Part shown: positions 1-10,456 of the stretch, one piece after another | Position numbering within the stretch: position 1 is the stretch's first letter | How the letters are laid out: each line of letters starts with the position of its first letter | Virus record (IMG/VR): IMGVR_UViG_3300021399_000002 | Span: 118,656 to 182,655 of that record | Length of the DNA stretch: 64,000 nucleotides | Direction: 5' to 3' (one strand) | Source of the DNA: a virus | Lineage: Duplodnaviria > Caudoviricetes | Notes under the pieces: model-generated | Told to the model about the DNA's origin: nothing | The model's database searches: none | Seen by the model: only the letters and a program-made list of their open reading frames with translations | Position numbers and translations under genes: made by a program

Positions 1-8
1 GTAAGATT

Positions 9-1736
9 ATGCATCGTGAATTAGATATCTCAGATGGTATGTCAATCACACAAGAGCAGTTTATGCAGTTAGTACAATTGCCGGAATGCGGTGGTTGGGA
101 CTTACAGTTTGCGGATAAATTAAGAAAGTCTATAGCAAAGAAAAATCCTAAAGAGTATGATGCATTAACAAAACAATTCTTTGATAATGTAAAAGAAAAA
201 GGATTGAGCGAAAAGTTTTGTAATTATGTATGGAATATTGAGATTGCATTGAGCCGTGGATATGGATTTAATGCGGCGCATACATATTCATATTCAATGG
301 TCGCATTACAAGAAATGAATCTTGCACGCTTCTTCCCTATTATATTCTGGAATACCGCAAATCTTATTGTAGATAGTGGTGGCATTCAAACTGTTGAATA
401 TGATGAAGATGGTGAGGCATCTTTAGTAGTTGAAGCAGAACCAGATGAAGATCCAGATGAAGAAGAAGAAGAACAAGAAGAATGGGAAGAAGAGAATGAA
501 GTAACCGAGGGTGAAAAAGAAGATAAGAAAAAAGAGAAAACCAAGAGTATGGATTATGGTAAGGTTGCATCAGCAATCGGCCGATTTAGTACTTATGGAA
601 TTAAAGTTTCGCCGCCGAATATTAATGACTCTTCTTATACTTTCACGCCTGTTGTTTCAAAAAATGAAATCTTATATGGACTTCGTGGTATAACAAGGTT
701 ATCAATCTCAATTATAAAAGATATTATGGATAAGCGTCCATTTACTTCTATGGATGATTTCTTAGAAAGAGTTAAATTAAATAAGATTCAAATGTCTAAC
801 TTAATTAAATGTGGAGCATTTGATGAATTAGTAGGTTTACCTCGTGAAGAAATTATGGCAAAATATATTGATATGATTGCCGATAAAAAACAGAGATTGA
901 CATTACAGAATATGCAAATGCTTATTAATTATGATTTAATTCCAGAAGAACTTATCTTTTGTAAAAAGTTATTCTTATTTAATAAGTTTTTAAAGCAACA
1001 AAAGAAAGTTGAAAATTATCAATTAAATGATGCGGCAATTAACTTTATTGCGAATAACTTTAGTGCCGATTATATCTCAAATGGTGTAAGTATTTCTGCG
1101 GCGGTATGGGATAATCTATACCAGCGTGGTATGGATCCAATGCGTATGTACTTAAAGAAAAATAAAGATGAGGTACTGAATAAATTAAACAAAGCATTAT
1201 ATGATGAGATGTTTAATAAATATGCGGCGGGAAATATATCACATTGGGAAATGGAATCTGTTTCATTTTATAGTCATCCACATGAATTAGCAGATTCTCA
1301 ATATTTATATGATGATTTCTTTAAATTGCCAGAAGAACCAGAAATCGATTATACATTCACTGGCAAAGATGGCAATGAAGTTAGAATATATAAATTAAGA
1401 CGAATTATTGGCACAGTTATTGATAAAAATAAGATGAAGAATACTATAACATTGTTGACGCCAACTGGCGTAGTTAATGTTAAAGTATATAAGAATCAAT
1501 ATGCAATGTTTGATAAACGACTATCTCAGAAAGGTGTTGATGGGCGCAAACATGTAATAGAAAATAGTTGGTTCTCCAGAGGTACATTATTAATGGTTCA
1601 GGGAATCCGGCGCGAAAGCGATTTCATTCCTAAAAAACGAAAAGATAGTTTTTATCCTGTAATTTCTAAAATTACAGCAATACATGATGATGGAACTTTA
1701 GAGTTCCAGACAGAACGAGTTGAGGTGAATGAATGA
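9..1736 (+). CDS. dnaE: DNA polymerase III alpha subunit (DnaE-type), C-terminal part; frame is open at the window start, so probably 5'-truncated
   Basis: ADKLRKSIAKK, GYGFNAAH..YS, PPNINDS, YGLRGI, LIKCGAFD and a C-terminal OB-fold, all typical of family C polymerases; no in-frame TAG. Confidence 0.9.
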   Translation: MHRELDISDGMSITQEQFMQLVQLPECGGWDLQFADKLRKSIAKKNPKEYDALTKQFFDNVKEKGLSEKFCNYVWNIEIALSRGYGFNAAHTYSYSMVALQEMNLARFFPIIFWNTANLIVDSGGIQTVEYDEDGEASLVVEAEPDEDPDEEEEEQEEWEEENEVTEGEKEDKKKEKTKSMDYGKVASAIGRFSTYGIKVSPPNINDSSYTFTPVVSKNEILYGLRGITRLSISIIKDIMDKRPFTSMDDFLERVKLNKIQMSNLIKCGAFDELVGLPREEIMAKYIDMIADKKQRLTLQNMQMLINYDLIPEELIFCKKLFLFNKFLKQQKKVENYQLNDAAINFIANNFSADYISNGVSISAAVWDNLYQRGMDPMRMYLKKNKDEVLNKLNKALYDEMFNKYAAGNISHWEMESVSFYSHPHELADSQYLYDDFFKLPEEPEIDYTFTGKDGNEVRIYKLRRIIGTVIDKNKMKNTITLLTPTGVVNVKVYKNQYAMFDKRLSQKGVDGRKHVIENSWFSRGTLLMVQGIRRESDFIPKKRKDSFYPVISKITAIHDDGTLEFQTERVEVNE

Positions 1737-2836
1737 TGATTGGCTTAGTAGATCTTTAGTTACAGAGTTGGCCAAAATCTCAACTTTGTCCTCCTAATCT
1801 TGAGATAATGAAGTTAGCTAATTATTATCAAACAGAAGAAAATAAGTTTTGTCGTTTAATAAATTTAGATGAAACTGAATTAACTAATTATGAAAAAATT
1901 TATATATTTAGTGAATCTAAAGAATATACTACGGTGCCCGAGGCTTTTCTTCGGGCGCCTAATGTGGTATACGGCGGTACTGCTTTTACAAATGGTATAT
2001 ATGTACCATTTAAAAATAAATTAATTGACTTTACATTACCACGCACTCGTATATATCAAAATTTTCTTAAAGATAAGCGTATTGCAGGATTAGATGATAA
2101 AGAAATTGGAAAATTATTAGACAATTCTTATTATAGATGGCACGCGGGCAATGAAGTATTGCCGCTCCCTGCTGTTCATAAAAGACATAGATTTTATATT
2201 TATGATAATGATTTCTTTCAAGAGGGATGGAGAGAAGTTATTGATAAAATCATGCAGCGAACTCCATCTTCAATACAATTTATTCATCCAGCACATTATA
2301 AGAAAATTTCAGACTTTTTGGAAGTGCGTGAAAATAGTTTAATTGCTCGCGGAAATGATGCATATTTAGATTTAAAGATTCCATTAAAAGAAACGCCAAT
2401 TTTAATGAAACATTATAAGAACAGATTACTTGCAGTAATTCCGCCAAGTTCACAAGTTTACTTATCACTTGGTGGCTCATTCCACTATCAATCAGACTAT
2501 TTTAAAGATATTATTTATAAACTTAATTTATTGTATGTATTTTGGAGTTGTGGTATTCCATTGAAAATAAAATATGAAGAGCCATCAATAGAATGCTATA
2601 ACCCAATTACAGATATATCCAAGCTAATTGCAACTTGGACGCAAGGTGAAACAAGTAAATCTAAATCTATAGTAGAAAGGATTCCTAAAGACAAACGTAT
2701 GACTGAAATTCGCCCCGAGCGCGAACAGCTTGAAATTATAATAAAAAAATATCCTTCTCAAAAGAACTTGTTTTATCAAAGCATGGAAACGGTTAAACAA
2801 GGAGGTTTTTGGAAATATGGAAACTACAGAAGTTAA
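1733..2836 (+). CDS. Phage protein with radical-SAM-family-like N-terminus (no CxxxCxxC seen); one internal TAG at 1757-1759
   Basis: ATG overlaps dnaE stop (ATGA); read-through gives MMIGLVDL[Q]LQSWPKSQLCPPNLEIMKLANYY...YGGTAF, resembling the IGLxDxD..PNLxLMK..GGTG phage family; in frame with ORF 1808..2836. Confidence 0.6.
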
Positions 2837-3023
2837 AAAGAAGTATGCAGAATTAAGTGCAGAATTAAAAAAAGAATTAAGTAGAATGCAGCGTACTGAT
2901 AGGGTATTTACTATTAGAAATGAAATTAAAGCATTACAAGCACTATGTACACATGATATAGGGAATTATGATTTTTCTAATGCTGATGAATGCCCCTATT
3001 GTGGAAAAAAGTTTAAGGGGTGA
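2817..3023 (+). CDS. Small hypothetical protein with C-terminal zinc ribbon (CxH...CPYCG)
   Basis: SD GGAGG upstream; overlaps both neighbours; Cys/His motif. Confidence 0.7.
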   Translation: METTEVKKKYAELSAELKKELSRMQRTDRVFTIRNEIKALQALCTHDIGNYDFSNADECPYCGKKFKG

Positions 3024-5320
3024 TTCATATGAAATTACAAATTCGTAAACGCACTGGGCAATTAGTACCATTTGATAAAGAAAAAATTCAAACAGCCATA
3101 TGTAAAGCATGGCATGAAATTTATCCAACAGAAAAAGGATTTCCACCTTATGCCGAAGAAATTGCAGATGAAGTAGAATATGTTGCTCATGAAATGGATG
3201 AACCTTTAGGTGTAGAAGATATTCAAGAATTAGTTGAAGATTATCTTACAGATTATGATTTAAAAGTTGGTAAAGCATATATTAAGTATCGCTATAAACA
3301 TGGCATTATGCGCGCAAATTCAACCGAATTCATTCGAGCTATTAGCGAAAAACTTCAAGCATCCAATGTGCAAAATCAAAATGCAAATATAGATGAACAT
3401 TCATTTGGCGGCCGCGTTGGCGAAGCATCTGATGAAATGATGAAGCAATATGCACTTGATTATTGTATGTCAGAAATGGCCCGTAACAATCATTTAAATA
3501 ATGAGATTTATATTCACGATTTAAGTGCCTATGCAGTAGGTATGCATAATTGTTTAAGTATCCCATTTGATGATTTATTAGCAAAGGGCTTTAACACTAG
3601 GCAAACAGATGTTCGCCCTGCTAATTCTATTAATACTGCTTTCCAGCTTGTAGCAGTTATCTTCCAACTACAATCTTTAATGCAGTTTGGCGGCGTTAGT
3701 GCTACACATTTGGATTGGACTATGGTTCCTTATGTGAGGAAGAGTTTTTGGAAACATTTTAAAGATGGATTAAAATGGTTTGATGAAGGAAATGAAGCAC
3801 ATTATTTTGCCAATGTAGATATTAGTAAAATGCCTATTGAACCTTATCATAATTTAACAGTTGATGAAGATGTGCTTCCTTTAGTACAAACTGCGCAAGT
3901 AACAAAAGCTTATAAATATGCAATAGAAATGACTGAGCGCGAATTGCAGCAGGCAGTCGAGGGCATGTATCATAACCTTAACACGCTCCAATCCAGAAGC
4001 GGAAATCAGTTGCCTTTCACATCTATTAACTATGGCACCTGTACGCTACCGGAAGGTCGTATGGTAATTAAGGCATTGCTAGAAGGTTCTATTAAAGGCG
4101 TTGGTAAATTTCATAAGACTCCGATCTTTCCATGTGGTATTTTTCAATGTATGAAAGGTGTCAATAGAGCACCTGGGGATCCAAATTATGATCTATTTAG
4201 ATTAGCCCTAGAATCTACAGCTAAGCGTATTTATCCTAACTATGCAAATGTTGACTGGAGTAATGCGGCTGGATATGATATAAATGATCCTCGTACTTAC
4301 TTTTCTACAATGGGTTGTAGAACCGCAAACCTTGCTGATATCAATGCAGAACCTGGCACCAATCCTCAAATGAAAGATGGCCGTGGTAATATTTGTCCTG
4401 TTACTATTATTATGCCAACATTAGCGATGGAGGCAAAGGAAAAATGTAAAAAAGCCACTCTTTCTGATGGCAGCACGATTACATTTGAAGGATATATAAT
4501 AGACGAATTTATGCAATTATTAGATGAAAAAATTCATGAAGCTAAAGATATGCTTCTGGAACGTTTTGAATGGATTTGTAAACAGTCTCCCGCATCCGCG
4601 AAGTTTATGTATGAAAATAATACTATGCTTGGCTATCATCCAGAAGAAGGTATTCGCTCTGCATTGAAGCATGGCACCATTGTTATTGGACAACTAGGAC
4701 TCGCGGAAACCCTTCAAATTCTAATTGGTTGCGATCACACTACTGAAAAAGGAATGGAACTTGCCAAGAGAATTGAGCAACTATTTAAAGACAGATGCGC
4801 AGAGTTTAAGAAAGAATATAAATTAAACTTTGGTGTATATTATACCCCTGCCGAAAATCTCTGCTACACCGCAATGAAGAAGTTCAAGGCAAAATATGGC
4901 GAAATTCCAAATATTTCCGACCGTGAATATTTTACTAATAGTATTCATGTCCCAGTATGGCATGATATTTCAATCTTTGACAAAATTGATATTGAGAGTC
5001 AATTAACGGGTTATTCTAGCGCCGGATGTATTACATATGTAGAAGTACCATCTGGAGTAAAGAATAACATTGATGCTCTTGAAATCATTGTAAACTATGC
5101 TATGGATCATGATATCCCGTATTTCGCTTTGAACATACCCCTAGATATGTGTAATGACTGTGGTTATCAGGATGAAATTGGTGAAAGCTGTCCTGAATGT
5201 GGCAGTAAGAATATTTCAAGACTTAGACGCGTAACTGGATATCTTACTGGTTCTTATAAAGATGCTTTTAATCTTGGAAAGCAAGCTGAAACAGAAGAAA
5301 GAGTAAAACATATTCATTGA
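3020..5320 (+). CDS. nrdD: Anaerobic (class III) ribonucleoside-triphosphate reductase with N-terminal ATP-cone
   Basis: ATP-cone IRKRTGQLVPFDKEKI, YIHDL, MGCRT, TPAENL, YFTNSIH, CxxC..CPxC and glycyl-radical loop RRVTGYL. Confidence 0.95.
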   Translation: MIHMKLQIRKRTGQLVPFDKEKIQTAICKAWHEIYPTEKGFPPYAEEIADEVEYVAHEMDEPLGVEDIQELVEDYLTDYDLKVGKAYIKYRYKHGIMRANSTEFIRAISEKLQASNVQNQNANIDEHSFGGRVGEASDEMMKQYALDYCMSEMARNNHLNNEIYIHDLSAYAVGMHNCLSIPFDDLLAKGFNTRQTDVRPANSINTAFQLVAVIFQLQSLMQFGGVSATHLDWTMVPYVRKSFWKHFKDGLKWFDEGNEAHYFANVDISKMPIEPYHNLTVDEDVLPLVQTAQVTKAYKYAIEMTERELQQAVEGMYHNLNTLQSRSGNQLPFTSINYGTCTLPEGRMVIKALLEGSIKGVGKFHKTPIFPCGIFQCMKGVNRAPGDPNYDLFRLALESTAKRIYPNYANVDWSNAAGYDINDPRTYFSTMGCRTANLADINAEPGTNPQMKDGRGNICPVTIIMPTLAMEAKEKCKKATLSDGSTITFEGYIIDEFMQLLDEKIHEAKDMLLERFEWICKQSPASAKFMYENNTMLGYHPEEGIRSALKHGTIVIGQLGLAETLQILIGCDHTTEKGMELAKRIEQLFKDRCAEFKKEYKLNFGVYYTPAENLCYTAMKKFKAKYGEIPNISDREYFTNSIHVPVWHDISIFDKIDIESQLTGYSSAGCITYVEVPSGVKNNIDALEIIVNYAMDHDIPYFALNIPLDMCNDCGYQDEIGESCPECGSKNISRLRRVTGYLTGSYKDAFNLGKQAETEERVKHIH

Positions 5321-5329
5321 GGTGATTAT

Positions 5330-5449
5330 ATGACTAAATTAGAAGATATTATTGAAACTGATATTGGTACAATAGAAATATGGTCGCAAGATGAATTTGA
5401 ATATTATCCTCCATATATAAAATCATAGGAGGATGATAATAATGAGTAA
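5330..5449 (+). CDS. Small acidic hypothetical protein (39 aa with TAG read-through)
   Basis: SD GAGGTGA, ATG 5330; TAG at codon 33; next TAA overlaps nrdG start (ATGAGTAA). Confidence 0.4.
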
Positions 5450-5936
5450 AATCGCAGGAATCTATTGGGATGATACCGCGGCGGCACCAGGTATCTCCCT
5501 TTCAGTGTATTTTTCGGGATGTCATTTCCATTGCCCCGGATGTCATAATCCCGAAGCACAAGATTTTAATTATGGTAAAGAATTTACCTGGGATTATATT
5601 AATGAAATTTTACATAAAATAAAAAAGAATGGCGTAATGCGAACTTTAAGTATTCTTGGCGGTGAGCCATTAAATAATGAAAATATTGATGCTGTAAAGC
5701 AATTAATCGGGTGGTGTAAACATGATTTTCCAGATTTAAAAATTTATGTCTGGACTGGTTATACTATAGAAGAATTAGAAAAGCGAGATGATGATGATGT
5801 TAGAACGGTCCTCCGAAATATAACCTGTTTAATAGACGGGCGATATGAGGAGGATAAAAGAGACACGACGTTGCCGCTACGTGGTTCTTCAAACCAGCGA
5901 ATCATTATGATGGAGGATTATTTAAATGGCCATTAA
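5442..5936 (+). CDS. nrdG: Anaerobic RNR activating enzyme (radical SAM)
   Basis: GCHFHCPGCHNP (CxxxCxxC), LGGEP, WTGY, DGRY, RGSSNQR; follows nrdD. Confidence 0.95.
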   Translation: MSKIAGIYWDDTAAAPGISLSVYFSGCHFHCPGCHNPEAQDFNYGKEFTWDYINEILHKIKKNGVMRTLSILGGEPLNNENIDAVKQLIGWCKHDFPDLKIYVWTGYTIEELEKRDDDDVRTVLRNITCLIDGRYEEDKRDTTLPLRGSSNQRIIMMEDYLNGH

Positions 5937-6489
5937 ATTATCAAGAGCAATATTTGCAGGTATGGCTATCGCGCTTGGAGGTTGGGCGTTCTTATCAGCG
6001 TCCAATCCTCTTGTAGGCGCAGTAATATTTGCCTGCGGATTACTTACTGTAAGAATTTATAATTTACATTTATTTACTGGTAAGGTTCAATTTATGCTTA
6101 CCAAAGAAAATCCTTGGTATTATTATCCATTGATACTTTTATGTAATTTTTTTGGAGTGGCTATAATTGCTAGTTTATCACATATGGTGGTACATGATGC
6201 TGCCATAGCAGTAGCAACAGCCAAGAGTGCTCAAACAATATCAGCAGCATTAGCAAAAGGAATTGGTTGCGGAATGCTAATGTCTTTTGCAACCTATAAG
6301 AATACTCCACTTTGGGCGACGGTACTTGGAGTAGCAACTTTTATTATAGCTGGCTTTAACCATTGTATTGCCGATTTCTACTATATGTTAGTAGGCGGTC
6401 AATTTAGTATAAATCTATTATTTACTATTTCAGGAAATATTATTGGTGGTATCTTATTTAGCGCACAAAAATTAAAATCTAATATTTGA
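5926..6489 (+). CDS. Formate/nitrite transporter (FNT/FocA family) channel
   Basis: Multiple TM helices; AGMAIALGG, LFTG, CGMLM, GFNHCIAD and GNIIGG motifs of the FNT family. Confidence 0.85.
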   Translation: MAIKLSRAIFAGMAIALGGWAFLSASNPLVGAVIFACGLLTVRIYNLHLFTGKVQFMLTKENPWYYYPLILLCNFFGVAIIASLSHMVVHDAAIAVATAKSAQTISAALAKGIGCGMLMSFATYKNTPLWATVLGVATFIIAGFNHCIADFYYMLVGGQFSINLLFTISGNIIGGILFSAQKLKSNI

Positions 6490-6514
6490 CAAACTCCCAG
6501 AAATCTGATATAAT
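6486..6514 (+). promoter_or_regulatory. sigmaA/sigma70 consensus promoter
   Basis: TTGACA-17 bp-TATAAT with TG extension, upstream of ATG 6543; no dyad operator in front. Confidence 0.75.
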
Positions 6515-6542
6515 TAAGTATAAAAGAAGAGTGGTGATATAA

Positions 6543-7577
6543 ATGACATACGCACTTATCGGTTGCTTAATTATAATTGGATTTCTGGGAGTTAAACTTT
6601 ATTAGAAACAGAAAATTGATAAAGCTGTTTTAGAAAAATATAAAGCAGATATAGAAACAGTTCGTAATGAATTACATAATGTTGAAGTAGAATCATTGGC
6701 TATGATTCAAAAGTCTGTTAAATGTAAAGCAGAATACGAAGATTATAAGAAAAAGCGTGAATATGAAGAATATAGACTTGAGGAATGTAAGAAAGATCTT
6801 CAAGCAGCACTGGATACTTATCATGATATTACTGATAATAAATTAAAAGAAATTGATAATTCTATTGAAGAATAGCGGCAAAAGCGCTAGCAAGAATTAG
6901 ATTTGGCACTAGAAGAAAAATAGAATTATTATAATAAATTGCTTGAAGATACTATTAATCAATGCAATCTATAGGATGAAACAATTAAAGAAGCTTCAGA
7001 AGCTAAATGGCGCGAAGCTATGGAACAAATTGAACAATATAATAATTCCATAGCAGAAGTTAAAGAACGATTTGAAAGTATTGAACAAACTTTAGCTTAG
7101 TATGAGAAAGATAAACAAGCAAAGTTATTTTATACTATTCAATTGCCTGATGAATATAAAGATGATATTGAGTTTTTGCTAACGACCGTTTCTATGAAAG
7201 TGCAACATCCAGATATCATTTCTAAGTTAGTTTGGGCAGAATATGTTAAACCAAATTTAGATGATACATTCAAACGAATTGAAATTAAATCAGAGCCGGG
7301 AATTTATAAAATAACTAATATAGATACTGGTAAATGCTATATTGGAAAGAGTACTAATGTAAAGACTCGTATTGCCGACCACTTTAAAAGCGCAATTGGA
7401 ATTAAGTCAATAGCCGATTAGGCAGTGCATCATGCTATACTAAAAGAAGGATTTTGGAATTGGTAGATTGAAATTATTACTTATTGTGATAAGGATAAAT
7501 TAAGTGAATTAGAAAAATATTATATAGAGTTCTTTAAATCATAGGAATTTGGATATAATAAAAATGCAGGAGGCTAA
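6543..7577 (+). CDS. Membrane-anchored coiled-coil protein with C-terminal GIY-YIG nuclease domain (several TAG=Gln)
   Basis: N-terminal hydrophobic helix, long E/K/Q-rich coiled coil, GIYKITN..CYIGKS..R..H..E..GYN; in frame with ORF 7143..7421; ends at TAA 7575-7577. Confidence 0.75.
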
Positions 7578-7578
7578 T

Positions 7579-7938
7579 ATGGAATACGCATCAAAAGAAA
7601 TTCCAAATGTAAGATTAGTTTTCTTAAATAATGGAACTTAGGTTAGAGTAATTGATATAGAAACTATTGTTGACTATACAGAAGATATAGAAACAAATAC
7701 AGAATTAGATGGTGCTCAAATTTATTTTGCTACTATTGATACTGATGATTTTGATTTTATAGAATCAAAACAATATACAGAAATTTTATTATATCGTTGC
7801 TTAATTATGAGGAATTGCGATAACTATGAAGATAAATTATATTTTCCTCCCACCCTTACTTTTCATAAATTAAATTTTGAATATAGCCTAAATGCAGAAG
7901 GAGACCCTACACGATGGATGATAAGATTGAGCAATTAA
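7579..7938 (+). CDS. Hypothetical protein (one internal TAG)
   Basis: SD AGGAGG before ATG 7579; open to TAA 7936-7938 if TAG is read through. Confidence 0.55.
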
Positions 7939-8318
7939 ATACAGAAGAGCCTCTAACTTGTCAAGAATTGATTGAACGCTATGCTAAAATACAAAATATC
8001 AGTACTGAGGAAGCATATGAACAGGTTGGCGCGGATACACCCGAAGAGGTACTAAAAAAGATCCAAGACAAAACTATTGAAAAAATTAACTCAACTAGAG
8101 TACCAATGAATAGAGCACAGAGGCGCGCATTAAAGAAGAAAGTTGGCGCGAAAAAGTACGCTGAAATGATTAATGAAAGTGGAGATGCAGTTGGCGCTGT
8201 GAGCGAGACTGCAAAGAAACTTAATTATATTGATTTGATACAAAAACTAAGAAAATTAAACGAAGAAAAAGAAAAGGAGATTAAAGAAAATGGCGAGACA
8301 GCTACTGAAGACAACTGA
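7914..8318 (+). CDS. Hypothetical phage protein (MNRAQRR motif)
   Basis: ORF track; SD AGGAG. Confidence 0.7.
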   Translation: MDDKIEQLNTEEPLTCQELIERYAKIQNISTEEAYEQVGADTPEEVLKKIQDKTIEKINSTRVPMNRAQRRALKKKVGAKKYAEMINESGDAVGAVSETAKKLNYIDLIQKLRKLNEEKEKEIKENGETATEDN

Positions 8319-8499
8319 TGTATGGCGTGTGGATACTGAGGAAGAAGCTATGGAAATGATTGAAGATGCTAAAGATAGCCAGGCAGCCGGCGGATATACA
8401 CTAACTAAATCTGGATATGTAGTAAAAACAAAGAAATCCAAAGGAGAAATAGTTGATATGTGGATGGTTGTTACAACAGAAAAAACATTCAGCGATTGA
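8290..8499 (+). CDS. Conserved-looking small phage protein
   Basis: ORF track; SD AAGGAG; operon-like overlap. Confidence 0.7.
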   Translation: MARQLLKTTDVWRVDTEEEAMEMIEDAKDSQAAGGYTLTKSGYVVKTKKSKGEIVDMWMVVTTEKTFSD

Positions 8500-8510
8500 G
8501 GTGAAAGGAA

Positions 8511-9284
8511 ATGAATGAATTACAGACATTAATTGATTCTATTAAGGGATTAACTGATATAGATGATGAAAATTTAACTGATGATATGATGAAAATTATT
8601 CTTGATGGAGTAGAGCAGCAATTCTCAACTGAATTAGTACAGCAGTCTATTAATCAGATTGTAAATAATATGGAAGACCAAGGTTTAAGTAAGGCAGAAG
8701 CACAGGCTGCGATTAAGGCGCTATCTGATACTATGAAAGAAATGATTTATAGTGAAGTGTCTTATACTGGAAATAAAAAGTTGCTAGTAGACACAATTAT
8801 GAATAAAATGTTTAGTATCTTTGATGCCGCTGCGGAAAAGTATCATTCCTATGCTATTGAACTTCCTATTCAGCTAGAAGAGGGCGCACAAGTACCAACA
8901 TACGCGCATGATAGTGATGCTGCCGCTGATATGTATGCAATGGAAGATACGACAATTTCAGCTCATTCTATCGGAACACCAGTAAAGACTGGAGTACATA
9001 TTCAATTACCAGAAGGATGGGTTGCATTTGTGCTACCTCGCTCTAGTATTGGCGCGAAAACTCCTCTTCGTTTAAGCAATAGCGTCGGCGTAATTGATAG
9101 TGGCTATCGCGGGGAGGTACGCGCGCTATATGACAATATTAGTGATGAGCCTTATCAAATTCATAAGGGAGACCGTATAGCACAGATGCTTGTAATGCCA
9201 TCTTATAGATTTAAGGCTAATGTAGTGGATTCTTTAGAGGATTCTGATAGGGGCGAAGCTGGCTTCGGTTCTACAGGAGTATGA
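8511..9284 (+). CDS. dut: Trimeric dUTPase with ~115-aa helical N-terminal extension
   Basis: Motifs AAADM, PRSSIG, GVIDSGYRGE, GDRIAQ, RGEAGFGSTG. Confidence 0.92.
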   Translation: MNELQTLIDSIKGLTDIDDENLTDDMMKIILDGVEQQFSTELVQQSINQIVNNMEDQGLSKAEAQAAIKALSDTMKEMIYSEVSYTGNKKLLVDTIMNKMFSIFDAAAEKYHSYAIELPIQLEEGAQVPTYAHDSDAAADMYAMEDTTISAHSIGTPVKTGVHIQLPEGWVAFVLPRSSIGAKTPLRLSNSVGVIDSGYRGEVRALYDNISDEPYQIHKGDRIAQMLVMPSYRFKANVVDSLEDSDRGEAGFGSTGV

Positions 9285-10033
9285 GTACTATAAATATTTA
9301 TTCTGTCTCTAATGCGTTGGAAGCAGAGGGATGGAAACTTATAAGTGAAACATATAAGAACCTCAAGACTCCACTTGAAATGCAATGTCCGGTTGGACAT
9401 AAATAGGAATAGACTTTTGAGAACTGGCGCAAACATAAGATATGTGATATATGTATGGCCGGCGATCCATATAAAGTCAAAAAAAATAAGGTACCCAAAA
9501 AGGGTACAGATGTATAGCGTATTCTAGCCTTAGATGCGGCAACAAGCACCACAGGCTATGCAATATATGATGATAAAGTATTGGTTGGGTATGGGACTTT
9601 TAAGACAAGCACTACTCTGCCAGCTACTGAGCGTATTAATCAAGTTAAAAATTGGCTTAAGGCCGCATTAAAAGAATGGGAGCCAGATTTTGTAGGTATA
9701 GAAAATATTCAGTTGTAGAAGTATGGTTCTAAAGCAACTGAAGTGCAAGTAAAAACTTTTTAGACTCTTGCAAATCTTCAAGGAGTATTATTAGATACTG
9801 TCTTTGAAGCGTGTATAGACCATGACTTGGTTTACCCGAGTGAATGGCGCTCCTATTGCGGCATAAATGATGGCGATTAGCATCGAGATCCCAAGAAAAA
9901 ATAGGCTTAGGCTAAGGTAAAAATTTGGTATAATATGGATTGCACTGAAGATGAATCTGATGCAATATGTATTGGTAAGTATTGGTGCGGAAAATTACGC
10001 AATAATAAAATTACATGGGGAGAAGATATATGA
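9281..10033 (+). CDS. RuvC-like Holliday junction resolvase with N-terminal zinc-binding domain (multiple TAG=Gln; absent from ORF track)
   Basis: Read-through gives CPVGH..CDIC, then RILALDAATSTTGYAI, VGIENIQ, LANLQGVL, SEWRS, EDESDAICIG; ATGA overlaps at both ends. Confidence 0.85.
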
Positions 10034-10413
10034 TTAAGGTTAAGATTAATGATTTATTAAATGCAACAGAAGTTTTACAAGCACTATCAAAGAAGAGTCT
10101 AAAAGCTAGACTAGCATTTGATATTTCTCGTATTTTAAAAGCAGCAGATGCTGAGGTATCTCAGTTCAATGAAGCGCGTATGAAGATTCTTCAGAAATAT
10201 GGAGAAAAGGATGAAAATGGTGAATTAGCATCAGATGAAAAAGGGAATTGTAAAATTACAAAAGAAAATTTAACTGATTTTAATAATGAGTTAAATGAGC
10301 TAGTTAATGCAGAAGTTGAATTAAATGCTAATAAAATTTCAATGGAAGCTCTTGATTCTCTCAATTTTATGCCAGTTGAAATGGTTGCGTTAGAGCCTTT
10401 TATTGAAGAATAA
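10030..10413 (+). CDS. Hypothetical phage protein (DUF1617/YolD-like helical protein)
   Basis: ATG overlaps resolvase TGA; KYGEKDENG signature. Confidence 0.65.
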   Translation: MIKVKINDLLNATEVLQALSKKSLKARLAFDISRILKAADAEVSQFNEARMKILQKYGEKDENGELASDEKGNCKITKENLTDFNNELNELVNAEVELNANKISMEALDSLNFMPVEMVALEPFIEE

Positions 10414-10456
10414 AAAAAGAAAGCCCGGGACATTTAAGTCCCGGGCTATTTTTTTA
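10414..10456. terminator. Bidirectional intrinsic terminator between the convergent replication and morphogenesis blocks
   Basis: A-tract + AGCCCGGGAC-loop-GTCCCGGGCT + T-tract. Confidence 0.85.
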
